A stretch of 64,000 nucleotides of DNA from assembly GCA_903878275.1 (NCBI GenBank), contig CAIRHC010000011.1, forward strand, positions 19,116 to 83,115. The letters are read 5' to 3'. Shown here in pieces: positions 28,559 through 38,859 of the stretch. A model generated the notes under the pieces. It had not been told where the DNA came from. It saw only the letters and a program-made list of their open reading frames with translations, and did not search any database. The stretch's first letter is position 1. Each line of letters begins with the position of its first letter. A program made the translations under genes and the position numbers. Source of the DNA: Candidatus Vogelbacteria bacterium (GTDB lineage Bacteria; Patescibacteriota; Minisyncoccia; Phycocordibacterales; XYD1-FULL-46-19).

Positions 28559-31500
28559 TTACTCTGCCACTTCGGCTTTTTCTTCATTCAAGAGATCGGC
28601 TTTAGCCAAAAATTCATTATCCACATCATCACCATAGCCTTTGATCAAACCAGTTCCAGCGGGAATCAAGCGACCGATAATGACATTTTCTTTTAGACCA
28701 CGAAGTTTGTCTTCACCACCTTTAATGGCGGTGTCAATCAAAACTTTAGTTGTGTGCTGGAAGGAGACAGCCGACAAGAATGAGCTGGTGGAAAGCGCCA
28801 CTTCGGAAATACCGAGCAAGATAATTTCACCAGTCGCTTCTGCCAAACCTTGTTCTTTCATCAATTCATTTTCTTCATACAATTCGACAAATTCCACCAC
28901 CTCACCCACCGTGAATTTCGTATCAGCAGGATCTTTAATTTTTCGGCGAGAGAACATTTGCTTGATGATAAGTTCGATATGCTTTCGCGCGATATTAACA
29001 CCCTGCAATTCATAAATGGCGTTGATCTCTTTCATAATGTAATCTTCAGTCACCGCTTTGCCTGCCAGTTTAAATAAGATTGGCAATTCGACTGGTCCGT
29101 CGGTAATGATTTGTCCTTTTTTAACCTTATCGCCCTTTTGCACAAGCACAGTCAAAACAAACGGTACGACAAATTCAATCGTACTATCGGTAGTTTTCTT
29201 GCGACTTTCTGGATCAACTAAAACCGTAATGATATATTCTTTGCCAGCATTTTTCACTTCAGACACTTCGCCATTGACGGTACAAACAAGAGCTGGGTTT
29301 TTTGGCGTACGTCGTTCAAAAATTTCTTCGACACGTGGCAAACCACCGACGATGTCCACGCCGCCAGTACCGATACCGCCGGAGTGTTTGGTACGCATTG
29401 TGAGCTGTGTTCCCGGTTCGCCAATCGCTTGAGCTGCGACCACACCGACCGGCTGACCAATTTCTACTACCGCTCCCCGACCAACATCCAAGCCATAACA
29501 TTGCTGACAAATACCTTTGGTCGATTTACAAGTGAGTGGCGAACGAACGGTCGCTTCCATTACATTATTGGCTTCCACTTTTAGCGCATCGGCTTTGGTC
29601 AATAAATCACCTTTTTTAAATAACACTTTGCCGTCACTACCTAGAATATCTTTCGTCAAAACTCGTCCTTTGATCAAGTTGGCAATACCGCTATCGAGTG
29701 CCGAGAAGTTGCCTTGATTAATTAATTTGCCTTCTTTGTCGCCACAATCTTCTTCATTGACGATCACGTCTTGCGACACATCTACCAATTTTCGAGTAAG
29801 ATAACCAGCCTTGGCAGTGTTGAGGGCTGTGTCCGCCAAAGTTTTTCGCGAACCGTGAGTCGTGATGAAATATTCAAGCGGTGAAAGACCTTCTTTGTAA
29901 CAAGGAATAATAGGGAAATCGATCAAGCGACCAGCCGGGTTGATAATCAAACCTTTCATACCTGCCATCTGCACGACCTGACTAATCGAACCGCGCGCAT
30001 TTGAGTCAATCATATAGGAAACCGGACCTTCTTTATCAAGCGCACCAGGCACAATTTTTTCCACTTTAACTTTGGCTTTGTTCCAAGCTTCAATGACCAT
30101 TCGATAACGTTCTGGTTCAGACAAAAGTCCTTCACCAAAATTATTTTCAATTTTTTCTACTTCATCTTTGGCGTCGGCAATAATACCTTTTTTACCTTCC
30201 GGCACTTGGACATCTTGGAAACCCCAAGTGATACCAGACTTGGTCGAATAACGAAAACCAAAGCTTTTAATTTTATCGACAATGATCGCTGTTTCTTCAG
30301 CACCGTATTTAATGATCAGGTCGTCGATCAACTTGGTGATAATTTTTCCAGTGATTTCTTTGTTCATAAACGGCCAATCTTTTGGTAGATTATTGTTGAA
30401 GAGAATTCGTCCGACTGAAGTTTCAAAAACTTGCTCCGAAAATTCGTGGTAACGTTCTTTGTCAGTCGCCAAAATTTTCACCTTGGCACGAAAATCGACT
30501 TCGCCAAAATCGTTTGCCAAAATCGCTTCTTGCGGGCTAGAGAAAATTTTACCTTCACCTTTTTCGCCATCAATAATTTTCGTCATCCAATAACTACCGA
30601 GTACGATGTCCATTCTTAAGTTGACCACTGGATCACCCGAGCCTGGTTTAAGTAAATTTTTGTTAGCGGCAATAATCTCGCGCGCCTCTTTTTGTGCCAC
30701 TTCGGAAAGTGGAACGTGCACCGCCATCTGGTCACCATCGAAGTCCGCGTTGAAAGCCGAACAAGCAAGCGGGTGAAGTTGAATCGCGTGACCTTCAATC
30801 AAAATTGGCTTGAAGGCTTGAATACTCAAACGATGCAAAGATGGTGCGCGATTCAAAAGCACATATTTATCTTTAATCACTTCTTCCAAAATCGCCCAGA
30901 CTTCGGGAATACCTTCGTCAATCAAGCGACCAGCACCACGAATATTGAAAGCAAGCTCGTCACGCAAAATGTGCGCAATAATGAATGGTCGGAAAAGTTC
31001 AAGTGCCATATGTTTCGGCAAACCACATTGATCGAGTTTTAGTTCAGGACCGACAACAATCACCGAGCGCCCAGAATAATCAACACGCTTACAGAGCAAG
31101 TTTTGTCGGAAACGGCCTTGTTTACCTTTCAAATTGTCAGCGAGAGATTTTAATGGACGACGTTGAGCTTGGCTCATCGCCCCTTCGCCGGTACCTTGTC
31201 GCATTGAATTATCAAGCAGCGCGTCCACCGCTTCCTGCAAAATTCTTTTTTCATTTCGCAAAATAACTTCTGGCGCGGAAAGTTCCATCAGTTTTTTCAA
31301 ACGATTGTTGCGATTGATGACTCGACGATAAAGATCGTTGACATCGGAGGTCGCGTGTCGCCCACCATCAAGCGCCACCATCGGGCGAAGCGCTGGCGGA
31401 ATAACTGGAATCACTTTTAAAAACATCCATTCGGGTCGGACACCAGAGCGTCGTAAAGATTTGACAATATTGCTTCTTTTTTGCAATTTCACTCTTTCCA

Positions 31501-32287
31501 GCGAACCACATTTTTCCAATTGACCAATTAAAGTTTGCTCTAGTGCCGCCAAATCAAGACCCGTAAAAATCTGATGGATTGCTTCGGCACCAATCCCCGC
31601 CTCAAAAACCGTACTGTATTTTAATGACAAACGATGATACAGGACTTCGTCGAGCACACGCCAAGGCACCAAGGCTTCGAGCTGTTTCTTGGCATCCATA
31701 AACGAAGTCTTCAATTTTTCTTTATCCTCTTCGTCTTTAATATTTTTTACTTTTTGTTTGTATTCACCATCAAGTTCGCGCATCATTCGGGCTTTCTCTT
31801 CTTCGTTGACGCTGATGATAATGTAGCCAGCAAAATAAATTACTTTTTCTACTTCGGCGACCGAGAGATTCAAGACCAAACCGATTCTTGATGGCACACC
31901 ACGAACAAACCAAATATGCGCCACCGGACTGGCAAGTTCGATATGTCCCATTCGTTCACGGCGAACAATCGAGCGAGTGACCTCCACACCACATTTTTCA
32001 CAAATAATATCTTTGTAGCGAATGCGCTTATATTTTCCACAATAACATTCATAATCTTTTTCTGGTCCAAAAATTCGCTCATCAAAGAGACCGTTTCGTT
32101 CGCTTCGCCCGCTACGATAATTGATTGTTTCTGGTTTGGTAACTTCGCCATAAGACCAAGCAAGCATTTTTTCTGGAGACGCCAGCTTCAAAGTAATCGC
32201 ATCAAAATCAACGACTTTGTCGATTCGTCCAGCGGGCAAAGTGGTCCGCTCGTTGTAGGAATTTGTGATTATATTTTTAGTAGTCAT
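28559..32287 (-). CDS. rpoC: RNA polymerase beta' subunit
   Basis: KPETINYR, RMGHIEL, NADFDGD, AAQAIGEPGTQLTMRT, GLKENVIIG. Confidence 0.99.
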   Translation of the reverse strand: MTTKNIITNSYNERTTLPAGRIDKVVDFDAITLKLASPEKMLAWSYGEVTKPETINYRSGRSERNGLFDERIFGPEKDYECYCGKYKRIRYKDIICEKCGVEVTRSIVRRERMGHIELASPVAHIWFVRGVPSRIGLVLNLSVAEVEKVIYFAGYIIISVNEEEKARMMRELDGEYKQKVKNIKDEEDKEKLKTSFMDAKKQLEALVPWRVLDEVLYHRLSLKYSTVFEAGIGAEAIHQIFTGLDLAALEQTLIGQLEKCGSLERVKLQKRSNIVKSLRRSGVRPEWMFLKVIPVIPPALRPMVALDGGRHATSDVNDLYRRVINRNNRLKKLMELSAPEVILRNEKRILQEAVDALLDNSMRQGTGEGAMSQAQRRPLKSLADNLKGKQGRFRQNLLCKRVDYSGRSVIVVGPELKLDQCGLPKHMALELFRPFIIAHILRDELAFNIRGAGRLIDEGIPEVWAILEEVIKDKYVLLNRAPSLHRLSIQAFKPILIEGHAIQLHPLACSAFNADFDGDQMAVHVPLSEVAQKEAREIIAANKNLLKPGSGDPVVNLRMDIVLGSYWMTKIIDGEKGEGKIFSSPQEAILANDFGEVDFRAKVKILATDKERYHEFSEQVFETSVGRILFNNNLPKDWPFMNKEITGKIITKLIDDLIIKYGAEETAIIVDKIKSFGFRYSTKSGITWGFQDVQVPEGKKGIIADAKDEVEKIENNFGEGLLSEPERYRMVIEAWNKAKVKVEKIVPGALDKEGPVSYMIDSNARGSISQVVQMAGMKGLIINPAGRLIDFPIIPCYKEGLSPLEYFITTHGSRKTLADTALNTAKAGYLTRKLVDVSQDVIVNEEDCGDKEGKLINQGNFSALDSGIANLIKGRVLTKDILGSDGKVLFKKGDLLTKADALKVEANNVMEATVRSPLTCKSTKGICQQCYGLDVGRGAVVEIGQPVGVVAAQAIGEPGTQLTMRTKHSGGIGTGGVDIVGGLPRVEEIFERRTPKNPALVCTVNGEVSEVKNAGKEYIITVLVDPESRKKTTDSTIEFVVPFVLTVLVQKGDKVKKGQIITDGPVELPILFKLAGKAVTEDYIMKEINAIYELQGVNIARKHIELIIKQMFSRRKIKDPADTKFTVGEVVEFVELYEENELMKEQGLAEATGEIILLGISEVALSTSSFLSAVSFQHTTKVLIDTAIKGGEDKLRGLKENVIIGRLIPAGTGLIKGYGDDVDNEFLAKADLLNEEKAEVAE

Positions 32288-32292
32288 AGATT

Positions 32293-35200
32293 TTATTGGT
32301 TAGTCTTTTTAAGCTCAATATCCAAAGCTAGACCGCGGAGTTCGTTCAACATCACATTAAACGACGCCGGCAAATTTGGTTGTTTTATCAATTCACCTTT
32401 AACAATCGAATCGAAAGTCGAAGATCGTCCGACAATGTCATCGGATTTGATTGTGAGCATTTCGCGCAAGACATTCGCTGCACCATATCCTTCAAGCGCC
32501 CAGACTTCCATTTCCCCAAAACGCTGACCACCACCTTGCGATCGTCCACCAAGTGGCTGTTGAGTAATAAGTGAGTACGGACCAATCGAACGCATATGGA
32601 GTTTATCTTCCACCATATGATTCAACTTGAGCATATACATATAACCAATCGCGATCGGCTTATCAAATTCATCACCAGATTGACCATCGAAAAGTTTGAC
32701 CTTGCCATCTTCGTTAAAGCCAGATTTCTTTAATTCTTCTTTAATTTCATCTTCGGTCACACCAGTAAAGACTGGGGTAATTGCTTGATAACCTTGCGTG
32801 TGTGCGGCAAGACCCAAGTGCATTTCAAAAATCTGACCGAGGTTCATACGACTAGGCACGCCAAGCGGTGTCAAAATAATATCCACCGGTGTCCCATCCG
32901 CCATAAAAGGCATATCCTCTTCTGGTAGAATCTTGGAAATAACACCTTTGTTGCCGTGTCGTCCGGCAATCTTATCGCCAACGGAAATATTTCGCAGTTG
33001 AGCAATTTGAATTTTAATTTTTTTAATAATTCCCGATTCCAATTTATCGCCACGTTCTCGCGAGAAAACTTTTACACCAATCACACGACCCTTTCGGCCG
33101 TGTGGCATTCGCAAAGATGAATCTTTGACATCACGAGCTTTGTCACCAAAAATCGCCCGCAACAATCTTTCTTCTGGCGTCAGTTCGGTCTCACCTTTTG
33201 GTGTAATTTTTCCGACCAGAATATCATTTTGTTCGACTTCGGCCCCAATACGGACAATGCCGTCTTCGTCCAAGTTTGAGAGCTTCGCTTCGCCGACATT
33301 AGGAATATCGTGAGTCGTCACTTCTGGTCCAAGCTTAGTATCACGGACGCTCGCTTCAAACTCTTCAATATAAATAGACGTGAATTTACTTTTCTTAACA
33401 AGTCGTTCCGAAATAACAATCGCATCTTCGTAGTTGTTGCCACCCCAAGGCATAAAAGCGACGAGGGCATTTTGACCAAGCGACAATTGACCTTGATCAG
33501 ATGAGGAGGCGTCAGCCAAAACTTCGCCTTTCTTTATTTTTTGATCAATATCAACCACCGGTCGTTGATGAAAACAAGTATAATCGTTGGTCATTTTGAA
33601 CGTCGCCAAATTATAGTTGTCTTCCTTGCCGTCATCTTTTTTAATGCGGATGCTATTGCCATCAACGTGTGAAATCACGCCGGCTTCTTTAGCGAGAATT
33701 AATCGTCCAGAATCATGAGCCGCTTTACTTTCCATCCCCGTGCCGACAAGTGGAGCTTCGGGAATAACACAAGGCACCGACTGCTTCTGCATATTTGAAC
33801 CCATCAAAGCCCGGTTGGCATCATCGTGTTCCAAAAATGGAATCATCGAAGTCGCAACAGAATAAGCTTGGTTTGGGGCAACGTCAATAAATTCTACTTC
33901 TTCTCTTTTTACCGAAGCTGGCGAAGCATTACGACGAGCTTCTACTTTTTCATCAAGTAATTTTCCGTCATCGTCATAAGCCACACCCGCGTGAGCAACA
34001 ACATACTTTTCTTCTTCTAAAGCATTTAAATAAACCACCTCATCCGTAATTTTTCCTTTCACGACTTTGCGATATGGTGACTCAATCACGCCGAAATCAT
34101 TGACGCGAGAGTAAGACGCCAAGTGCAAAATCAAACCGATGTTTGGACCTTCTGGGGTGTGAATCGGACAAACCTTGCCGTAGTGCGAAGAGTGCACGTC
34201 GCGGACTTCAAGACCTGCTCGTTCTCGAGTAAGACCACCCGGTCCAAGCGCAGACAAGGTGCGCAAATGCTCCAACTCGGCAAGCATATTTTCCTGATTC
34301 ATAAATTGTGAAAGCTGGTTTGTCGCGAAAAATTCTTTCAAGCGAGCTTGCAGTGGTCGTGGGCTAAGAATTTGGACAGGGAGCAAAGTCGCACTATCCA
34401 CTGTGGACATTCGATCTTGGATATTGCGTTTCATTTGCATCATACCGACTTTCATTTTGGCAAGAAGCATTTCACCGACACAGCGAATGCGACGAAAACC
34501 AAGGTGATCAATATCATCTTCTTTGGCACCTTTGGTCGTATTCAATTTAATGATATTGGAAATAATCAAAACCAAATCACCAAACGACAGCACGCGATTT
34601 TCTTTGTCAGCTTCGGTCAATGGCAATTCAAAACGTTGATTAAAACGGACACGACCGACAACCGATAAGTCATATTTTTCACGACCAAACAAAGCCTTCA
34701 AAAATTCTTTCGAATTGGCGGCAGTCGCTAGATCGCTATCACGCAAACGCTTGTAAATTTCCAAATAAGAATCGGTTAAAGTCTTGGCGTGTTCTTTGGC
34801 AAGAGAATTTTTAATGTATTCAGTATTAACCCCTTGTTTTTCAAACACAGTAATAATTTCTTCATCAGTCAAAACCTTGTCTTCAATATCAGCCAACACG
34901 CGAAGCAAAGAAATGATCGGGAATTTTCGCTTGCGATCAATACGGACATAGATCGCATCGTCGATTTCGGTTTCCAATTCAATCCAAGCGCCACGAGATG
35001 GGATAACCTTAGCCCCGAAAAATTTCCGTCCTTTGATTTCGTTGGCAGTAAAGAAAACACCAAAAGAACGCGCTAGTTGTGGCACAAGCACGCGCTCGAT
35101 ACCATTGACGATAAAAGTACCGTGCGAGGTCATAAGCGGAAAATCAGCCAAGAAAATTTCTTGCTCTTTATCAAGATTCATTTGCTTATTGCGCAAACGA

Positions 35201-35466
35201 ACTTTTACCCGCAAAGGCACGTCATAGGAGAGATTGTTTTCCTTGACGTAATACTCATCAAATTTTGGTTCATCTAATTGAAAACCGGTAAATTCTAGCT
35301 CAAACTTTTTTTCCGAATAATCTCGGATGGGTGAAAACTCTTTAAATAATTCTTTTAGTCCGTCTTTGACTAGCCACTCATAAGATTTCTTTTGCACCTC
35401 TACTAAATCCGGCATCGAAGCCAGTGGCTTCTTGTACCGGGAAAAAAACTTTTGTTTAATCGGCAT
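32293..35466 (-). CDS. rpoB: RNA polymerase beta subunit
   Basis: QLSQF, ALGPGG, HDDANRALMG, GDK.AGRHGNKG, GGQRFGEMEVW. Confidence 0.99.
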   Translation of the reverse strand: MPIKQKFFSRYKKPLASMPDLVEVQKKSYEWLVKDGLKELFKEFSPIRDYSEKKFELEFTGFQLDEPKFDEYYVKENNLSYDVPLRVKVRLRNKQMNLDKEQEIFLADFPLMTSHGTFIVNGIERVLVPQLARSFGVFFTANEIKGRKFFGAKVIPSRGAWIELETEIDDAIYVRIDRKRKFPIISLLRVLADIEDKVLTDEEIITVFEKQGVNTEYIKNSLAKEHAKTLTDSYLEIYKRLRDSDLATAANSKEFLKALFGREKYDLSVVGRVRFNQRFELPLTEADKENRVLSFGDLVLIISNIIKLNTTKGAKEDDIDHLGFRRIRCVGEMLLAKMKVGMMQMKRNIQDRMSTVDSATLLPVQILSPRPLQARLKEFFATNQLSQFMNQENMLAELEHLRTLSALGPGGLTRERAGLEVRDVHSSHYGKVCPIHTPEGPNIGLILHLASYSRVNDFGVIESPYRKVVKGKITDEVVYLNALEEEKYVVAHAGVAYDDDGKLLDEKVEARRNASPASVKREEVEFIDVAPNQAYSVATSMIPFLEHDDANRALMGSNMQKQSVPCVIPEAPLVGTGMESKAAHDSGRLILAKEAGVISHVDGNSIRIKKDDGKEDNYNLATFKMTNDYTCFHQRPVVDIDQKIKKGEVLADASSSDQGQLSLGQNALVAFMPWGGNNYEDAIVISERLVKKSKFTSIYIEEFEASVRDTKLGPEVTTHDIPNVGEAKLSNLDEDGIVRIGAEVEQNDILVGKITPKGETELTPEERLLRAIFGDKARDVKDSSLRMPHGRKGRVIGVKVFSRERGDKLESGIIKKIKIQIAQLRNISVGDKIAGRHGNKGVISKILPEEDMPFMADGTPVDIILTPLGVPSRMNLGQIFEMHLGLAAHTQGYQAITPVFTGVTEDEIKEELKKSGFNEDGKVKLFDGQSGDEFDKPIAIGYMYMLKLNHMVEDKLHMRSIGPYSLITQQPLGGRSQGGGQRFGEMEVWALEGYGAANVLREMLTIKSDDIVGRSSTFDSIVKGELIKQPNLPASFNVMLNELRGLALDIELKKTNQ

Positions 35467-35606
35467 TATAAAAAGGTTATTTGCGCTTATAAATTTTAGA
35501 CCAAAAAACAAAATGGTTTCCCGAAGAGAAACTTTTGTAAATTTAAAAAAATGAGGAAATTTAGCAAGATAGGCGCCCAAAACTCACTCTTGCCTGCTTG
35601 ACTTTA

Positions 35607-35650
35607 AGAATAACTTATTTGGATAAATATGTCAAATAAAGTTATCCACT
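35607..35650 (-). promoter_or_regulatory. rpoBC promoter with DnaA-box-like sites
   Basis: TTGACA(35635-30)-17 nt-TATTCT(35612-07); TTATCCACT at 35642-50 and TTATCCAAA (minus strand) in the spacer. Confidence 0.55.
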
Positions 35651-35791
35651 TGCCCGGGCGACCAATTTGGTGTAGTTCCGCTTGGCCTAAATTTGACAGT
35701 TGGACAGTAATTTACCCTAGATTTTGATAACCCCAATGATAAGTAAATCAAAAACCCAAGCAACACCAAATTGTTACGCCCGGGCTTGCCT

Positions 35792-35827
35792 AACCGCCCG
35801 GTTTGGACTAGTCCAAACCGGGCGGTT
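35792..35827. repeat. Perfect 36-bp palindrome
   Basis: AACCGCCCGGTTTGGACT|AGTCCAAACCGGGCGGTT. Confidence 0.9.
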
Positions 35828-36042
35828 TCTTGACATTCTTAGCCAATTTTATCTCTTTTTCTTAGCGGTAAACTTTGAATTAAAAAGCTCTCCCTCCTTG
35901 CCACCTTTTTAGGGTACAGATTTTTTGAAGCTTAAAAAATCCTGAAGTTCTCGGCTCGACAGCCTCGAAACCCCCTAAAAAGGTGCAAGTCAGTCTAGCT
36001 TTTTATAATTCAAAGCGTCTTTATTTATTCTTTTCCACACAT

Positions 36043-37453
36043 CTATTCAGAGATAAAATCAAATGTTTTTTGGACAACTTTATTATTATCCGCTCGCAAG
36101 CAGCTAAAATTAACTGCCATTTTTTTCATAGTCAACAACATTTCTTTTGTTGGAGTAAAAATTATACTTGTTGTCGCTCTCTCAAAATCTTTATAATAAA
36201 TTTGACCATCTTCTAAAAAGCTAACATTGATATCTTCATCCATACCATTAAAAGATACTTTATTATTACATTGATATAGATTCCCCATCTCTACTCGAAA
36301 AGTAAGAGGCTGATAGCTGCCTTTCAAAGATCTTGCTAAAACATATTGTCCACCTTTAGTTTTGTAGTTGTTAGAAATAGGTGGATCTAATTTAACATTT
36401 AATATCGAGTTGGTGTTATTTTTCAATTTTATAGCCGTTCCTTTTTCTGTTGTTTGATTTAATAAGATTTTATTCCCATCTGATGAAATATAATAATATT
36501 GTGGATAAATAGAGTACATACCACTATTCAATGACGTACTACGGATACTAATTCCCTTTTTTACTAATTCAGAAAAATCAATAAGGTAAGTTTTACTGTT
36601 TACATTTTTTGACACGAGTTGTTTATCAGATGTATCTTTACGGCCGGTTTGGTTTTTTAAGAAAAAAAACTACTCCAATATTAGGTGGTAGATTATTATC
36701 TAAACTTACATTCAATTTTAGATCTTTTTTAATAGTATTTGACCATAAAATACCCCACCATTTCAAATCTTTTAGTTTGGGTAATTTAGAATAATCCACA
36801 TCAGGTAATTTGCAAGAGGCTTCTGCTGGTTTGCCTTCTAAAAGTTGAATGGAGTCACTAATTTTTTGAAAAGCTTCCATCCCTGGAAAGCCAATAGGGG
36901 TATCACCCTCTCCTCCATCTGCCCGAGTAATCCCAATCCTCCCAGACGAAGTTAAGATCCCACGTTTTGGTTCACAGTCAATCTTGTACAAATCACAAAC
37001 CATACCTTCTGCACAAAATTGAGCACCATAAGTCAACCAAAGATTTAATTTTTTATCAAACACAGTAGTAATACCACCGGGAACATTATAATGTGGTTTA
37101 GATAATTCGTCATCAAGCCAGATGCTCGCGACATCACTTGTAGCTGGCAAGACCTCTGCCTTGGAAACTTTATTGCATTTAAAAGGGGTGCTAATATCTA
37201 CACTTTTACCATTTTTTGAAATAACAAACCCTTCTGGATATTTGAAGCTAATACCGACAGTCTCATCTTTATAGGTCAACCAAGATTCAACAGGAGTATC
37301 AGTTTCTGCCGTTGAATAACAACCTAAATAATAATCATCAGCAGGTGGACTACCTTTTTTTTGAATTTCAGATATGCCAAAACTTTTTTGGGTGCCAAGC
37401 AAGAAAAAAATAATCAAAAATAGAGAGAATGTAAAAAAAGTTTTTTTATTCAT
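36043..37453 (-). pseudogene. Secreted protein gene split by a 1-nt frameshift (ORFs 36638-37453 and 36043-36615)
   Basis: Deleting one base from the T8 (36662-69) or A6 (36653-58) run fuses the two ORFs in frame; signal peptide on the first part only. Confidence 0.6.
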
Positions 37454-37539
37454 AAATTAAGAGTTAATTTTAATACCCAAATAATACCACAAATTACAGA
37501 GATTTACCAATTTTATAAACATTGAGCAACAGCCAGTCG

Positions 37540-37573
37540 CCACACAAAACCGACGGTCGTCAGTTTTGTGTGG
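37540..37573. terminator. Hairpin downstream of trmD
   Basis: CCACACAAAACCGAC-ggtc-GTCAGTTTTGTGTGG. Confidence 0.65.
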
Positions 37574-37603
37574 TTGCCTCATCTTAAAATTTAAACTTCC
37601 AGT

Positions 37604-38278
37604 TTAAATTTTGCACTTTGAGTTTTGAACTTTAAGTTTGTGTTCCTCGATTTTTTTATGATGCCCAGACAAAAAGACTTTTGGGACACGGAAATTTTTG
37701 CCTTGATGGGCAAAAATTTCCGGCCTGGTATACATTTCAGTACTCGCCGATTCCCTTTTTTCTTCTAGCGAAATATCATTACCAAGCACACCCGGAATTC
37801 GGCGGGTAATTGCATCGATCATAATCATCGCGGGCAATTCTCCACCAGTCAAAACATACGGACCGATAGTATATTCGGTCGCTTTCAAAATCTTTTTCAC
37901 GCGCGCATCAATCCCCTCATAATGACCGCAAATTAAAATCAAATGCTCCGCATTTTTTGTCTTAGAAAATTTTTCCGCGGTTTTATTATTAAATTCTTTT
38001 CCGCCCGGCGCAAAAAGAATAGTTTTAAATTTAACCTTCTTATTCTTTTTCTGGATTGCCTCAACTGCACGAATAATCGGCTCAACAGCCATCACCATCC
38101 CTGGCCCACCGCCATAAGGCCGATCATCCACCTTGCGATGCTTGTCCAAAGTAAAATCCCGCAAATTATACAGTTCAATCTTAATAAGCCCCGCCGTCTG
38201 CGCCCGCTTTAAAATAGAAGAATTGAGATAAGATTCAAAACTCTCCGGAAATATGGAAATAATATGGAAATTTAACAT
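37604..38278 (-). CDS. trmD: tRNA (guanine37-N1)-methyltransferase
   Basis: VDDRPYGGGPGMV, CGHYEGID.R, YVLTGGE. Confidence 0.97.
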   Translation of the reverse strand: MLNFHIISIFPESFESYLNSSILKRAQTAGLIKIELYNLRDFTLDKHRKVDDRPYGGGPGMVMAVEPIIRAVEAIQKKNKKVKFKTILFAPGGKEFNNKTAEKFSKTKNAEHLILICGHYEGIDARVKKILKATEYTIGPYVLTGGELPAMIMIDAITRRIPGVLGNDISLEEKRESASTEMYTRPEIFAHQGKNFRVPKVFLSGHHKKIEEHKLKVQNSKCKI

Positions 38279-38384
38279 TCCTAAAATGTACCATATTTTT
38301 AGCCTTTTGTAAAATCAACAAAAAAACCGCACTGGGTGTAATAGCACGGTTTTTTTGTTTTAGAGGATTAACCTCTGGTTATAT

Positions 38385-38723
38385 TTAGATTCCTTTTAGA
38401 TCTTCCATCGCTTGATCTACCGAACGAGAAGCATTTTCGGTGCTACCCATCATCGGTCTCGGAGCGCTACCAGCTGGTTCGTTAATCTTGAGATTAACGC
38501 GAGCATTGAATTTCATTCCGACAACTCGAAGCAAAGTTCGAATCGCTTTGGCAGTGTTGCCTTGTCGGCCAATGATTTTGCCCATATCGGCTGGATTGAC
38601 TTCAAGCGTCATCAGGACGCCCATCTCGTCAACTTTTCTGTCAACCTTTACATCCTCTGGTGCGTCAACTAAAGCTTTGACAACAAACTCGAGGAATTCC
38701 TGATCTTTATTCATTTCGGTCAT
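38385..38723 (-). CDS. khpA: KH domain RNA-binding protein
   Basis: DMGKIIGRQGNTAKAIR; sits between rpsP and trmD. Confidence 0.9.
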   Translation of the reverse strand: MTEMNKDQEFLEFVVKALVDAPEDVKVDRKVDEMGVLMTLEVNPADMGKIIGRQGNTAKAIRTLLRVVGMKFNARVNLKINEPAGSAPRPMMGSTENASRSVDQAMEDLKGI

Positions 38724-38798
38724 AATATTATCTTAATGTCTAATGGATTCTCGACCTATTATTAATATTTATGATAATTTAAAAACGATCGGATGTCA

Positions 38799-38840
38799 AA
38801 AACCGCCCGAATTTTTGCTTAGCAAAAATTCGGGCGGTTT
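38799..38840. terminator. Palindromic terminator after rpsP
   Basis: AAACCGCCCGAATTTTTGCT-t-AGCAAAAATTCGGGCGGTTT. Confidence 0.8.
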
Positions 38841-38859
38841 ATCACAAATTTAAAATCTT

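Noticed and set aside
28641-35277. Many antisense and alternate-frame ORFs over rpoBC (also over gyrB, dnaE, smc, rpoD)
   Set aside because: Shadow ORFs of conserved genes, with no motifs or expression signals of their own.
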